DNA of 63,596 nt, filler included, from Octopus bimaculoides (GCF_001194135.2; 8 parts of 8 records of this genome joined end to end with filler, not necessarily neighbours in it), one strand, 5' to 3'; positions 1 to 12,830 are shown, counted from the first letter of the whole stretch. The notes: a model not told the origin generated them from the sequence alone. Made by a program: numbers and translations.

Positions 1-103
1 AATGCGATCATTACATTAAATACAATATGAAGAGCAATCTTCAGCTGCACGAGAATGCAGAAAATTACAGTAGAATAGACATATTATAGTTGTGGCAACA
101 TTT

Positions 104-468
104 CAAATCCAAGTGGGAGGAAGAATACATAAATCCATCTTGACATAGCCGAGTCTATCAGGCTAGTAATTGATTCTAGACAAAAGTTCTAACTGTCTCA
201 GATTTTATTGTTTCTTATCTAGTGGTGATAGCATAAGGGACAATTACTTCTAAAGAAAGGGAAGGTGTAAGCAGTATGCATGGACAAGGCTATAAATGTA
301 TTAGATTATAAAGGTTTCCCTGGTCAGAGTAGTATCAGGTCATTTTACTACTACTGGTAGACAATAAAATCTGAGACAGTTAGAACTTTTGTCTAGAATC
401 AATTACTAGCCTGATAGACTCGGCTATGTCAAGATGGATTTATGTATTCTTTCTCCCATTTGGATTTT
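104..468. repeat. Long inverted repeat (arms 104-211 and 361-468, 149-bp spacer)
   Basis: 121-211 is the exact reverse complement of 361-451 (91 bp). Pairing extends to ~108 bp with 3 mismatches. A 28-bp tandem duplication (441-468/469-496) lies at the right end. Confidence 0.9.
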
Positions 469-1026
469 TATGTATTCTTTCTCCCACTTGGGTTTGTGCT
501 AAATTTCCCAAAAGAACATTCTTTTCTTTTGTGGTTTGACCGTAGATGGTCTATTTCTAGCATAATGGATGTCTACTTAGTGGTCATCCCTTCTTATATG
601 TATGTAATATAATTTTTCTGAATTTTCAGAATTTTCTTTATGCTAGCTAGGCCATTGGTTTTTAATTGATATTAATTAAATTAATATCTAATTTATCACC
701 CTTATTATTTAAATTATATATATATATAAAATCTTGACTCGATAGACAGACTACAGTTTGTTAAATGTGGTGAATTATGAAAATCTTGACAGAAACCACT
801 CATAAAAAGACATTGCTCGTATAATGCCGGAAATGAAGAATCCGGAGGGAAATAATGTGTAATTGGGTGGGCGACTGGAAAAGATGAGGATCGGTATGGT
901 TTGCCATTTACTTTGTCATGAAATAAGATAGAGTAGAATACACAAATTGATCGTAAATATTTTTTTTTAAAGTTGACCTATGACTAAACAGCTACAACAG
1001 CTAAAAATAATCTTCAACATAATGCA

Positions 1027-1106
1027 TTCTACTATAGTCTCGGGCCGAACAAAACCTTGAGACTGGATTTGGTAGACGTAAACAGAAAGTCTGTCATATA
1101 TATGTT

Positions 1107-1171
<65 letters not shown>

Positions 1172-1457
1172 CTTTGTGCTGTGTGTGTGTAATTGTATCT
1201 GTGTGTGTCTTTGTGCTTGTGCGTATCTTTATGTGTGTCTTTGTGTCTATGCCTGTCCTTCACACCGCTTGACAACAGGTACTGGTATGTTTTAAGTCCC
1301 GTAACTTGGCCGATCGGTAAAACAGACCAATAAAATAAGCATCAGGATTTTTTTTTTAAATAAATACTGGGGTCGATTAGTTCGTCTAAAAAATTCCTCA
1401 AATCGGTGCCTCAGCAAAGCCGCAGTCTATTAACTGAATCAAGTAAAAAATAAGAGA
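1027..1457 (+). mobile_element. SINE family A copy, 5'-truncated, with internal (GT)n
   Basis: Shares blocks ctatag(t/c)ctcgggccga...gatttggtagac and ggggtcgatt...cagcat/aagccgcagt...actgaa with the copies at 9385, 32181, 36991 and 48504. Confidence 0.75.
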
Positions 1458-1533
1458 TATGATGAGGTAAAATCAGCATCAATGTAATATGATACCAATA
1501 AGGAAAACTTTTGATTTTCTAATTTTTGAACAG

Positions 1534-1705
1534 GCATACACAACTGTTTCGTCAAACGATTGTTCACGAACCATCATATGTCTCGGCAATGGAAAATATA
1601 AGACGAAAGCTACATGCCCAAAAGGATCTAGCTGTGTCGTCGAATCCGGTAGACGCACATGCAAATGTCCGTCTGGATTTGTACGTGTGGGAAAGGAATG
1701 CAAAA
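1534..1705 (+). CDS. Coding exon: TILa/EGF-like Cys-rich module of a zonadhesin/FCGBP-like secreted protein
   Basis: Acceptor ttttgaacag and donor gtaagt. Translation AYTTVSSNDCSRTIICLGNGKYKTKATCPKGSSCVVESGRRTCKCPSGFVRVGKECK ends in an EGF-type C-x-C-x2-GF-x3-G-x2-C. Phase 0 in, phase 1 out. Upstream exons are not seen in the window. Confidence 0.8.
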
Positions 1706-1743
1706 GTAAGTATAAAGATGCTATATTAATTATAAATGCATAT

Positions 1744-1835
1744 TAAATTAAGTACCATTTGCGTAATGTGGTCGATCTAATCGACTGGCCTCTTCCCAAA
1801 AATTTCGGGCCTTGTGCCTAGAGTAGAAAAGAATT
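1744..1835 (+). mobile_element. SINE family B, 3' fragment
   Basis: taaattaagtacc...gtcgatctaatcgactgg...aatttcgggccttgtgcctagagtagaaaagaat matches the reverse complement of 32616-32710. Confidence 0.7.
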
Positions 1836-2908
1836 ATAAATGCATATACAGTTTATGGCGAGATGTTTGTTTAATACATCTTTTCAAATCTACATTACCG
1901 GAAAACAATACAGCTCATCGATTAAATGTATTTAATAAGAGCAATAAGCAAGTTTCATTTCACAATACCACAAATTACGGGATCAACTACCAATCAAGAA
2001 TATTTTGAATATTTCTTTAAGGATTTTTAACAAAAATTAGTTAAGATTAATATCTAATTTGTTGAAAAATTAATACGTTAACAGCTATATCGAAACAGTT
2101 ACATTTTAAGTTTCATTTCAATTGTCATTTGATGTCGCTTTCATACAATTATGTCACGGGGTCTATTAAAATAGCTCCTTTAGATTAGAAAGTGAGAGCA
2201 AACTAACTGCTATGCTTAGAAACAAAGTCAGCTTCATAGCTTTATTAAAGTTCTTTTAACTATATCTATTATCCTACAACTTTCGTAAATGATCATCTGC
2301 TATCGAGGCATTTTCCAGAACCCATCAGTACTACAAATAAAGAGGAATTATTTCAATCGATCACTTTCAAAATACATGTATGAGAACAAGTTTAACTCAA
2401 GATGTAAGCTAGTAGCAACTAGATCAATTGGAACGTTAGAAACCGTGGTTCTTATCTAAACACCAAATTTGATTTTATCTAAATACCGAGATATAATAAG
2501 CTCAAAAGCTGTTGACGTGGCACATTGTTAACATGCCTCATTTCACACAACGAGAACAGTTTCTGAGATACCTTTTGAACAAATGTAATGATCGCCAACG
2601 GATATAACCGATAAACATTTTTGACATTTTATTTTTTCTATATTGCTTCTATATTGTTATTAAAAGAATGTTGCAACTAAAAGTGAAATGGAATCTTCAT
2701 AACCCTGTTATATATTTACGAGTCTTTTCTACCTTAATACGAACCAACTTTCTAGCAAAAGAGAGGGAAAGGGAGAGTGTGAAAAAAAGAGAGATCAGAA
2801 CAAATAGTTGTAACATATTTAGAATGCTTCTTGTATAATATATGCCAACATTGGAACAAATCTGTTTAATATTTTTTTTTATAGCAGCATCATTTTTCTT
2901 TCTTTCAG

Positions 2909-2926
2909 AAGCAGAACAGCCACCAC
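2909..2926 (+). CDS. Candidate 18-nt microexon encoding linker (K)AEQPP(L)
   Basis: Polypyrimidine acceptor catttttctttctttcag and donor cac|gtaagc. Phase 1-1 and a multiple of 3, so it keeps frame between exons 1534-1705 and 8890-9120. Confidence 0.6.
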
Positions 2927-4008
2927 GTAAGCTCGCTTATTATATTTTAGTTTATTAATTTTAAAAGTTGAAAAGAATCATTTGATAAACTATTGGTCGG
3001 AAAATGTCATAGCATTTAGCTTCAAATTAATTTTACATGTCTTAGATGCTTACTAGCAATGTAGGTGGATTAAAATGTTCGTGAATATTCCTAAGTCTAA
3101 TATCTTCCTGTGAATGCTAGTCTAATATATTCTTATAAAGAATATCCAATTTGACAGTTCATCAAATGGATTGTTAATCGATGCAAAGATGTATCGATTC
3201 AAACCAACTGTAGATAGGTTGTGTGCTTACTTCAATCTACCAATTCAATATTTGGAGTAATTATTGTATCTAAGTTCAATTATCAATTTAATGACATAGC
3301 AAAAACACATTTACTTTCATAACAAAGTGTGGAAAGGAAGTAATACAGACCATAGAATTAAGCTGGCTTATTTAATAGTTTCACAACTAACTGGTAATCC
3401 TTTAACGGCCCAAATATGTTTATTATCAAGGAATCAGTTTTTTATACATCATTTGAATGCCATTTGTAGGAACATATAACATTGCATTTTATGCATCCTT
3501 TTGATTTTTTTTCGAAAAGAGCCATACAAAAATGAAGAAAATACAAACAGAATACTTTATGTTGTTTACATAGTTGTCATTTATGTAAAAAGAAATAAAG
3601 TATTCAATACAAAAATGTTTACCAGTGCAATTCATTTTCTCTTCTACACAATAGCCATAGAAAACAGAATCAATAGAGTCCTATAAAACGTGGCTCTTAT
3701 CTAAAGACCAGACTTTCAAAGCATGCTATACCCAAACAAAATCCCCTTTTCAGATCTATTTGACCTTATAAAAGTTATTTACTCTATATATAATTATAGG
3801 CTAGATATGAATACTACTTATTGCCATAATGTTTTAATTAAAAATATATGAAATTTAGTGTTCTTCCCCGCAAGGTTTTCAGGTTTTCACACATTATCGA
3901 AAGATGAGACAAAAGTGTTCCTCAACAAAATCCAGCTGTACTATTTCAAAATCTCTTCCTTCGTTAGACTAACTCAATATATTTCTGTAAGAAAATAGTG
4001 AAACAATA

Positions 4009-5283
4009 GAAGGGGTACTGAAATGTTCCTGGCTTTGGGTAAAAGAAAGTACAGGTAGATCAGTTAACTACGATTTTATTGAACGTATTCCATTCTCAGA
4101 TTCACACACTTATTGCAGCGGTTCTTCAGTTTCTCTAAACCCTGTAAAAGAACTCGGAATGTTGGGCCTCCAGCCAGGCCTCAGAAGCAGTGATTACCTC
4201 CGAATCGGAGTGAAATTTCGTTCCCTTGAAATATATTACGGAAAGATTTGATAGTCGAAGGGAGCCAAGTCAGGAAAGTAAGTTTGATGGTCTACCAATT
4301 CGAAGCCAAAGTCGCGTGTTTTCTGTAGAATCTTATGTGCTGTGTGTACTGATGCACTGTCCTGCAAAAACAGGATACCACGACTCAGCTTTCCACATCG
4401 TTTCTGCTTTACAGCTTCACACAGTTCGTCCAACAGTGACAAGTAATATTCTGTGCTGATGGTGCGACACTTTGGCAAGTATTTTATGAGGGGTACTCCG
4501 TCTTTGTTCCAGAACATTGAAGCCAGAATCTTTCCAGCTGACTTCCGAGTCGGAAATTTTAGGGACGCGGTGAACCGCTGTGGCGCCACTCTGTCGATTG
4601 CTGCTTGGTCTGAAGATCATAATAATGAATGCAAGTTTTAACCATGGTGACTAAAAGAGCCATAAAATCATCCTCTTCCGCTGCAAACCGGTCCAAAATC
4701 GCCTTTGATGTCAATACTCTGATGCACTTCTAATCTGCGTTTAGGTATTTCGGCACCCATTTTGCAGAAAGTTTTCTCATATCAAAAATGTTGTGAATGA
4801 TGTGATCAACTATTTCGCGGAAAATTCCCCAGAATATCAGCTCTGACTTTAGCTGAAATCCAGCGGTCCTCGAGAATCATGAAGAGCACAGTGTCGGCTT
4901 TGTCCTCTGTGGTCTCGAAAGTTGACCGTCCTGACAGGGGTTCATCTGTAACTTCGAAATGACCAGTCCGAATACCTTGACACTCAGATTTTCACTGTGG
5001 AATAAACTGGACAGCCATCTTTCAAGACTGTCTTCATCTCACCATGGATTTCCGCTGATTCTTTGCCTTGCAAAAAGAGGAACTTCATGACAGACCGTGC
5101 TTCAATTTTACTAGAATCCACTATAGGAGTTGCTATCGTACGTTAAATCTGCAAAAAATGAGAAAAATGTATTGAATACCATCATGATTTTTTTGCAAAA
5201 CTCCTCCTAAATAGTTGTCTTACCACCACCCGTAGATGTAACAGCTCTACCCTTTCGCGATGCCCTGAAATCCTGGAACTTGG
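4009..5283 (-). mobile_element. Degenerate mariner (Tc1/mariner DD34D) transposon
   Basis: ORF 4236-4589(-) has mariner motifs SAGKILASMFWN, LFLQDSASVH and YFPDLAPFDY. TIR-like aggggtactgaaatgttcctggc at 4011, with a partial counterpart aaatcctggaactt at ~5269-5282. Confidence 0.8.
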
Positions 5284-5992
5284 AACTCGGAATGTTGGAC
5301 TTCCAACTAGGCCTCAGAAGCAGCGATTACCTCCGAATCGTAATAATTATTTTTAGAATCTTAAAAAAAAGTATCATGGGCACGAATGGGTTAAAAGTCT
5401 GAACGGCCTAACGCTATAAACAGTAAAAGCTATAAATTTAATTGAATCATTAGAAGCGTTAAATCTCACGTGTTGTAGATCCTTTTCACATCATCAGCAA
5501 TTTCACATTGTGCTTAATGAGAACAATGGATTCTTAAATGTATCAGTTCAGCAGACATAAAATGGCACCAAGAAATTCTGAGTTGAGTTGATATAATTAT
5601 GTGAGCCTAATGAAATGCAGCATATTTAAGTTGTAGAGGTGATATCTAATCTAAAATTCGTCAAAAATCAAATAAAAAAGAAACAATTCTAAATATTGAA
5701 ATTCCATTACGAAAATTCAACGCACATACATGAAATTTAGTTACATTTCCTTTGTATTTCCTTTTCAATGTCTGCTGATCAAATTTACGAATTACTATTT
5801 TTATTCCATTTTAAATATAGCTCTGCCTATTATTGATCCAACTTTCTTAGAGCCAGGTATGTCTATAACATGATTCTATACTTTTTTTATGTTTTCATAT
5901 ATATTTTAAAATTAAATCCTAGAAACTAATTGTAAACAGAGATGTACTTGCATGACAAGTGATTTGATCTGAGATCGTGCGCTGAAACAAAA

Positions 5993-6130
5993 ACAATTGC
6001 AGCGTGGAAGGTGTTTATAAGCCATTCAAGAACACACAAAAACCGTTAGTTTCATTTAAATGTTGAAGTGAAACTAACGGTCTTTGTGTGTTCTTGAATG
6101 ACTTACAAACATCTTCCACGCTGCAATTGT
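5993..6130. repeat. Hairpin inverted repeat, 62-bp arms, 14-nt loop
   Basis: 5993-6054 pairs with 6069-6130 with 4 mismatches. Confidence 0.9.
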
Positions 6131-6242
6131 AATTGTACGTAGCTCCGTGGAAAACAATTATTTTGACATTGAAGCACTCAATTTAAAACATCAAAGAAAT
6201 ACAGTTCTATATTCAAGAGATGAGGAACTATGTACATTATTT

Positions 6243-6466
6243 ACATTTTTTACATTTGACGGATATTTGTCCTCATCTTGTTTGTTGTTAACACAACATT
6301 TCAGCTGATATACCCTCCGGCCTTCATCAGGTGTCTAGGGGAAATTGAGAACCCAGGTTCGAAATTTCCCCAAGACATCTGATGAAGGCCGGAGGGTATA
6401 TCAGCTGAAACGTTATGTTAACAACAAACAAGATGAGGACAAATGTCCGTCAAATGTAAATAATGT
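6243..6466. repeat. Inverted duplication of a Penelope-like terminal repeat carrying a hammerhead motif
   Basis: 6251-6346 pairs with 6363-6458 (5 mismatches in 96 bp) around a 16-nt loop. Each arm contains CTGATGA...GAAA(C/T)GTT. Confidence 0.8.
6374..6419 (+). ncRNA. Minimal type I hammerhead ribozyme motif (PLE-type)
   Basis: gacat-CTGATGA-a-ggccg gagggtatat cagct-GAAAC-GTT-atgtt. Stem I is GACAT/ATGTT, stem III is the palindromic AACGTT, and stem II has one mismatch and one wobble. The antisense twin lies at ~6289-6335(-). Confidence 0.6.
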
Positions 6467-6822
6467 TAATAATATCAAAGAAATATCTCTGAAATTGTTC
6501 AGTGGAAGGAAGAGGACAAGAATGTTAGGAAGACGACAGAATATCGTGTTTTTATGCTTAGATTGGGTTACTGTAAAAATACAACATATTCCGAAGACAC
6601 ATTGCTTGTAAATAACAGCTAGCGCTCACTTACACACGCTAACACACACTGAGACACATATTCATGCATATTTACTTGTAATGATGTGTGCATATATAAG
6701 CACACACCAAATACGCACACACACACACACACACACTCGTACCGTACACACACACCCGTATCATACACACATGCACCACGCACACACACACACCACAAAC
6801 ATATACACACACACATACGGAA

Positions 6823-7017
<195 letters not shown>

Positions 7018-7639
7018 TGTTTGGGTGCTTATAATACACGATGTTTACGAACATAAAAAAGGGAGAACAAATGCACGTATATTTCATCTTATTTTGGAGT
7101 CTTCGTCTGCAACTCTCTACTATCAATAAATATCCACCAATACATCGTAAAGCAAGATAGTAAAACCAGTTTACACATTTAAAATTTCGTGATTGCGAGA
7201 ACGAACATTAAACCCTTAGTAATGTTTTGCTATACTGTACTATTCAACGTATCTATAGTTTTTAGCCAACCTTACAAGTTATTCCATTGCAAACGATTCA
7301 TCTTTACAATTTACAGACAGTAAAGGGTGATTTCAAAAGTTTTTAAGCTGAAGCTTTTTCCATAGTATCAAACTGCATAGCGAATGTGGATCAAGTAATA
7401 TAAAAGCTGCGCAAGAATTTGAGCCACAATTAGCTAAAATACTAGAAGGTTCCTAATTCTTCAAAATTAATATTTAATTTTTGAAAGTTTTGGAAATTTA
7501 CTCCAAGTGGAGTGATTTCCTATTACAAGATTTATTGGGGTTGAAGGAGATGGTTTTAGACATCTCTTTCACAAATAAAACGTTTTTCTAGACAAAAAAG
7601 CCTATTTACTTGGAGTCGATTTTTCTACCGTCCATTCAC

Positions 7640-7728
<89 letters not shown>

Positions 7729-8692
7729 CAATCAGTTGTAGCAATCATTAAAATCTAGATATTTTAACATTCAGGACGCCGGGGAAGGGTCGAGCCTCAC
7801 ACATACGTACACATATCAGTCATATGCATATGTACATCAATATACGTGAATATGTATAAACATACACACGTAGATTCCTGATCCAACGCAAGTCGTAGAT
7901 CCAATCTTAAGATGGTTCCAAGCGTGGTATTTGAATAAAAAAATAATACAAGTTAAAGTTTTAAAATTCACAATAGATGATTCAGAAGCATATTTTTTTG
8001 TTGGTGAATAAAAAAATATACATGTTGATGTTTTAAATTATTACCACTAATCTATGTTTCAAATCAGCTGATGATAGCGTATTTTTCTAATGGTGCAATT
8101 GTGGTAATCGCATTATTCATCATTAAAAAATTTGCTGCTGAAACAGCTGTTGTGAGTTTTAGACTCACTTGTGTTCTTATAAATGTGTGTGTGTGTGTGT
8201 GTGTGTGTGTCACATGGGTTTCTATTCCTCCATTGTTCTTTTCTCTCCTTGTCTTTCCTCTCTTTCAGAAGTGTCAATATTCGGAACGTAAAAGATATTT
8301 CATTATTTTCCGCCATTCCTTGAACAGCAACCTAACACAAACTGAGTTTGATTTTTATTTCGCCCATATGTATGTAAGAGTGTGCGCACGCGTATGTGTG
8401 TATTGGTGTATAAATGTTTTTTTTTAGATATACTATATATACGTTCTATAGGGCAATATAGAAAGAAACAAAACACTTAAGATACTAGAAGTTTGATGTT
8501 CAATTTCGTTGTCATGAAACTGCTAAATGTAAACTGGTTTTGCCAGCTTACTTTACGTTTAAAAACAGTAGGGCCTTAATTGAAGGTTATATTGATGGTG
8601 ATTATACGCTTGATATTTAACTGTTTACCGTACAAATTTTCAGCTAAAATGCCTTTTTCTGACAGCCTTACGAAGGCCATTGCCAACCACCA

Positions 8693-8726
<34 letters not shown>

Positions 8727-8889
8727 TGCATGTGTGTGTAAATATCAACATATATACATGTGTATGTATTTTTATGTATATATATATATTTACATGCATA
8801 CATACATACACGCATGCGCATATACATATAGACACGCAGAAACAAAACCCACGTATGTGTATATTTATATATGCTCTTCTATATTTCAG

Positions 8890-9120
8890 TTCTGCTCAAG
8901 TTCTTTCGGGTAACGGAGGCTTACATACCAGGCAAACCTCTGGACGAATCCACTGAAAAACATGTGGAACTATGTGCTCGCAAATGTCTCAAGAATAAAA
9001 AATGTAAATCATTGAACTTCGATGAACTCGTGAAAAAATGTCAACTATATGATGTCAACGCTGCTACTGTCACTTTGAGACCAAGTGTATGTCCCTATAT
9101 GGAATATTTTCAAGTAATCG
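8890..9120 (+). CDS. Coding exon: PAN/Apple domain
   Basis: Acceptor atatttcag and donor g|gtaagt; 231 nt, phase 1-1. Translation LLKFFRVTEAYIPGKPLDESTEKHVELCARKCLKNKKCKSLNFDELVKKCQLYDVNAATVTLRPSVCPYMEYFQVI fits the PAN pattern C-x3-C-x5-C-x-S-x-N-F-x6-C-x-L. Confidence 0.85.
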
Positions 9121-9384
9121 GTAAGTCAGAATTTCACTACAAAAGGTGTTTGAATTCTTTAAGAATATCTTAATATTTGAGGTATGGAATATACTTGTGA
9201 AGCTTATCAATATGTGAACAAGAATTACTCCATTTCCTTATCTAATACGCTTAAGAGATAGAAACTTTATGTTTGATGGATCAAGTATCACTGAATATGA
9301 TTAGCGTATACAGTAAGTTAACATTTGAGGGCTATTTAATTGATTTTCTTAGATAGTGGAAACAACCTTCAATGAGACTTAATT

Positions 9385-9795
9385 TAGTCGAACAAATCGA
9401 CCCCAGGACTTATTCTTCGGAAGCCTAGTACTTATTCTATCGTTCTCTTTTGCTGAACTGCTAGATTACGGGGACGTAAACACACCAGCATCGGTTGTCA
9501 AGCGTTGTTGGAGGACAAACAGACACACAAATACATACACACACAAAAACATACACACACATACACATACATGTACATACATATATACGACGGGCTTCTT
9601 TCTGTTTCCGTCTACCAAATCCACTCATAAGGCTTTGGTTGGCCCGAGGCTATAGTAGAAGACACTTGCCCAAGGTGCCACACNNNNNNNNNNGCTATAG
9701 TAGAAGACACTTGCCCAAGGTGCCACACAGTGGGACTGAACCCGGAACCATGTGGTTGGTAAGCAAGCTACTTACCACACAGCCACTCCTGCGCC
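9385..9795 (-). mobile_element. SINE family A, near full length (tRNA-like head ggcgcaggagtggctgtgtggtaag)
   Basis: High similarity to 32181-32602. The 35-bp duplication around the 10-N gap is probably an assembly overlap. Confidence 0.85.
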
Positions 9796-10181
9796 TATAA
9801 CTGTTATACTTAGGTTGAATATCACAGAGCCTCGTAAAATATCCATCTTGTGTGGGTTGAGTATGAATTACCTTTTGGTACATGAACTTAGTTAAAAACT
9901 ACGGCACCTATATTTAGAATAATTTGATGGATTTTATTTACCGACTAACTAATCGTTGTTATCGTTCCAAATTTTAATGAACAACGAACGTGCTTGTACA
10001 TTTAACATGTATAATATATTCTGAATATATATTGAAAGTTGTCTTCTATTTATAATCATGGGTTCCAGTGCAAACATAGAAGCACAAAAATGATTTTATA
10101 CAAAATATTCAACATACACACAACCACACACAAGTACGTGTGCGCACTTGTATATGTATGATAGCAAGGATTTTCATTCAG

Positions 10182-10201
10182 TGAATGTGTCCAAGATCTA
10201 A
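10182..10201 (+). CDS. Possible terminal coding exon ((V)NVSKI*)
   Basis: Acceptor ttttcattcag. Phase-1 entry from the PAN exon gives V-N-V-S-K-I-TAA. No independent support. Confidence 0.25.
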
Positions 10202-11049
10202 GAACTGGTACCTTATGTCTTGGTAACCATATTTGAAGGATTCCGCAGTGTCCGAGCTATGAGAGAGGTAGGATTCTGGAGAGACCATAGGCGATGGAAG
10301 TTTAATTTTTCAATTCAGTCCAAACTTATAAAGGGAGGCTCTGGTAAACTAAGGAGAATTAATATAGCAAACTTTCGTTCCTCCACTTTACTGCAATATT
10401 CTCGTGATGCAATAAGACGTTGAACTAGAAAACCCGTGGGAAAATTTCAAATCACAAGTCTATAATGCAGTATCTCTCACTTTGAGCTACAGATCTATGA
10501 AAGTAGCAGATTGTCTTATTGACAGTGACTTAGAAATTACTAATCGTCTTCATGAAAAGCAACAACTAAACAAAAAAAATTTAAGTCATATAATTCTAAC
10601 CAAGACATGAGACATAAATCTATTAAATTAAAAATTCAGTGTAGTTTCAGAAAAAAAAAAGATAAGTGGCGTCACCAAAAAGCAAAAGATGCGAGATTCT
10701 ATAAACCTTAATTATACAAAAGCCTTCTTTTTTTGTACAAGAGATCTTTTTGGCCTTAAATTAACGTATATAGCTCCAATGTGATCTATTGATAGCCAGC
10801 AGCACTTTACTGATGTCACATTCATGCAAAAATGATGGGTGCAAGGCTATTTTGATCCCAATAAATGATCAAATATAAATATGATAATAATTGAGGAAAT
10901 AGTAGGCCTTCCTGTTGTCAAAAACTCTCTTGAGAACCAATACAGCAGCTGCAAAAGTGTACAATAATAATAAACACCGAGTATTGATGGATTAGCTTGG
11001 AAATTTTGAAGTTTGGAGGGGAAAGGTTGACGGAAATATTTCATTCCTT

Positions 11050-12830
11050 ACTTGTAAACTACAGGAGAAAAAAGGAAGTGCCTCAAAACTAGGCTGATGC
11101 TATTCTCATTTCCCTATATAAAATTGTCCCCAAATACTTATGCGAAAATTTTCATGAAATATATTTGATGTTAGTTATTAGAAAGGTGCTTTCTCATAAT
11201 CGTTCAGAGCGCCTTGATAAATTCATTGTCCCAAGAGCAGTATCGGCGTCATAATATGGCTTCTGGTCATCTTAAGGGATAATGTTGATATGACCTTCAT
11301 TATTCGGCAGCTACAAGAGAAATGCAACAAATAAAATATAGACATGTACCAGTGTTTTGTGGATCTTTGCAAAGTTTTCGACATGGTTAATAGGAATGCA
11401 CTGTTGCAGAAGAAAGTTGGCTGTCCTGGAAAGTTGATAAACATGACCAGGGCTCTCCATAAGAATATGAAGGCTCGACTTAACTTTGGTGGGACTCTGT
11501 TGGAACCATTTTCGGTTGGAAATGGAGTTGATCTAAATACCGACACTCTTCCCCATGCATTTTGCAGCTATGCTTTCAAATGCATTCGTGACTTCAACAG
11601 TTGGCATCTATATGCAATGCCACTATTCGGGTAATGCTTAATCTGACTACAAGGAACTTTAAACCCAAGGTCTTTAATTCTCTGGTACTTGATCATTTAT
11701 GCGTGGACAACTGTAACCTAGAAAGTCACAGTGAGCAAGGCTTTCAGAACTGATTCATGCATTTTGATTTTTCGTGTGACATATTTGTTCTCACAATTAA
11801 TTTGAAAAACATCCTGCTGCAATACATCAACCTACCCCTGGAGGACAATTCAACACTTTCACATACTCGTTAAGGGCACAGTGCTTAAAGTGGTAAGTCC
11901 TTTTTAGTACCTGGGTAGCATCCTACATGTTGATGGGAACCAGGATGAGGAAGTCACTTCTTGTATTCAAAAGGCAGTAAAAGACTTTGGAAGCCTAAAA
12001 TCTAAAGTCTGGTCACAATACCATATCAAAGCTAGGATCATGGTTATATGTCTTATTTGTTCTTTCTGCACATTTGTAATTCTTCTGAAACGTAAGCAAT
12101 GTACACACGTCAAAAATGCTGAAAGGATTTTACCAGAAATATCTCCATCAAATGCTCAGAATTAGCTAGTCCTCACTTATTTCTGACACTGATGTTCTTG
12201 TTGAAGCTAGGATCACATCATTTCGAGTCATTCTTATAAGTAATCAACTACGATGGACAGGCCATATCATCAATATGGACGATGAGCGTATTCCCAAAGA
12301 AAAGTTTTATGATGAACTTATGCTGGGGAAGAGAAAAAATAGTAATCAAGAAAAAGATACAAAGACTTTAAAATAAAATTTGAAATATCTTAAATTATGT
12401 TTTAAAGAAGTTTTGAATCACTTGCACCAGACAGGAAAGCGTGGAGATCTACGATTTGGATCGGTGTTAAAGAGTTTGAACTTGACGGAGTTAAACACAC
12501 TGAAATGAAGATAAATATTCACAAAAATGAGATCAATATCAATAGCTTTGCGAGTGTTTCTCATTCCTTCTTTAGATTTTTATGCACAAAAGTATGCATA
12601 ACTTGCGCTGGTGTGAGAACGCACTACCGAGCCCATGTGAGTGAGGCACGCATAGTTTCATTCCGGATGGCCGGTTGCAATGCAATATCCGTCAAAAAAC
12701 ATACAAGTCACGCGTGGGATTGAATGAAACTTGATCATTCATAATGGAGCCAATGTTGAAATGAGACATCGCTGCAGTATTTGTGATCAGGTCTTCGGGG
12801 TTCAAAAGTCATTTAAGATCTCACACTACG
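11050..12830 (+). mobile_element. Degenerate RTE-clade LINE (RT to 3' end)
   Basis: Fragments DAILISLYK, DMTFIIRQLQEKC, FVDLCKVFDMVNRNAL and GCPGKLINMTRALHKNMKAR, plus a downstream RWTGHI-like segment. Many stops and frameshifts. Confidence 0.75.

Noticed and set aside
967-1275. His/Thr-, Cys/Val-, Tyr/Ile- and Leu/Ser-rich ORFs throughout the window
   Set aside because: They are translations of microsatellites.
9649-9728. 35-bp tandem duplication inside a SINE
   Set aside because: The copies flank a 10-N gap exactly, typical of an unmerged contig overlap.
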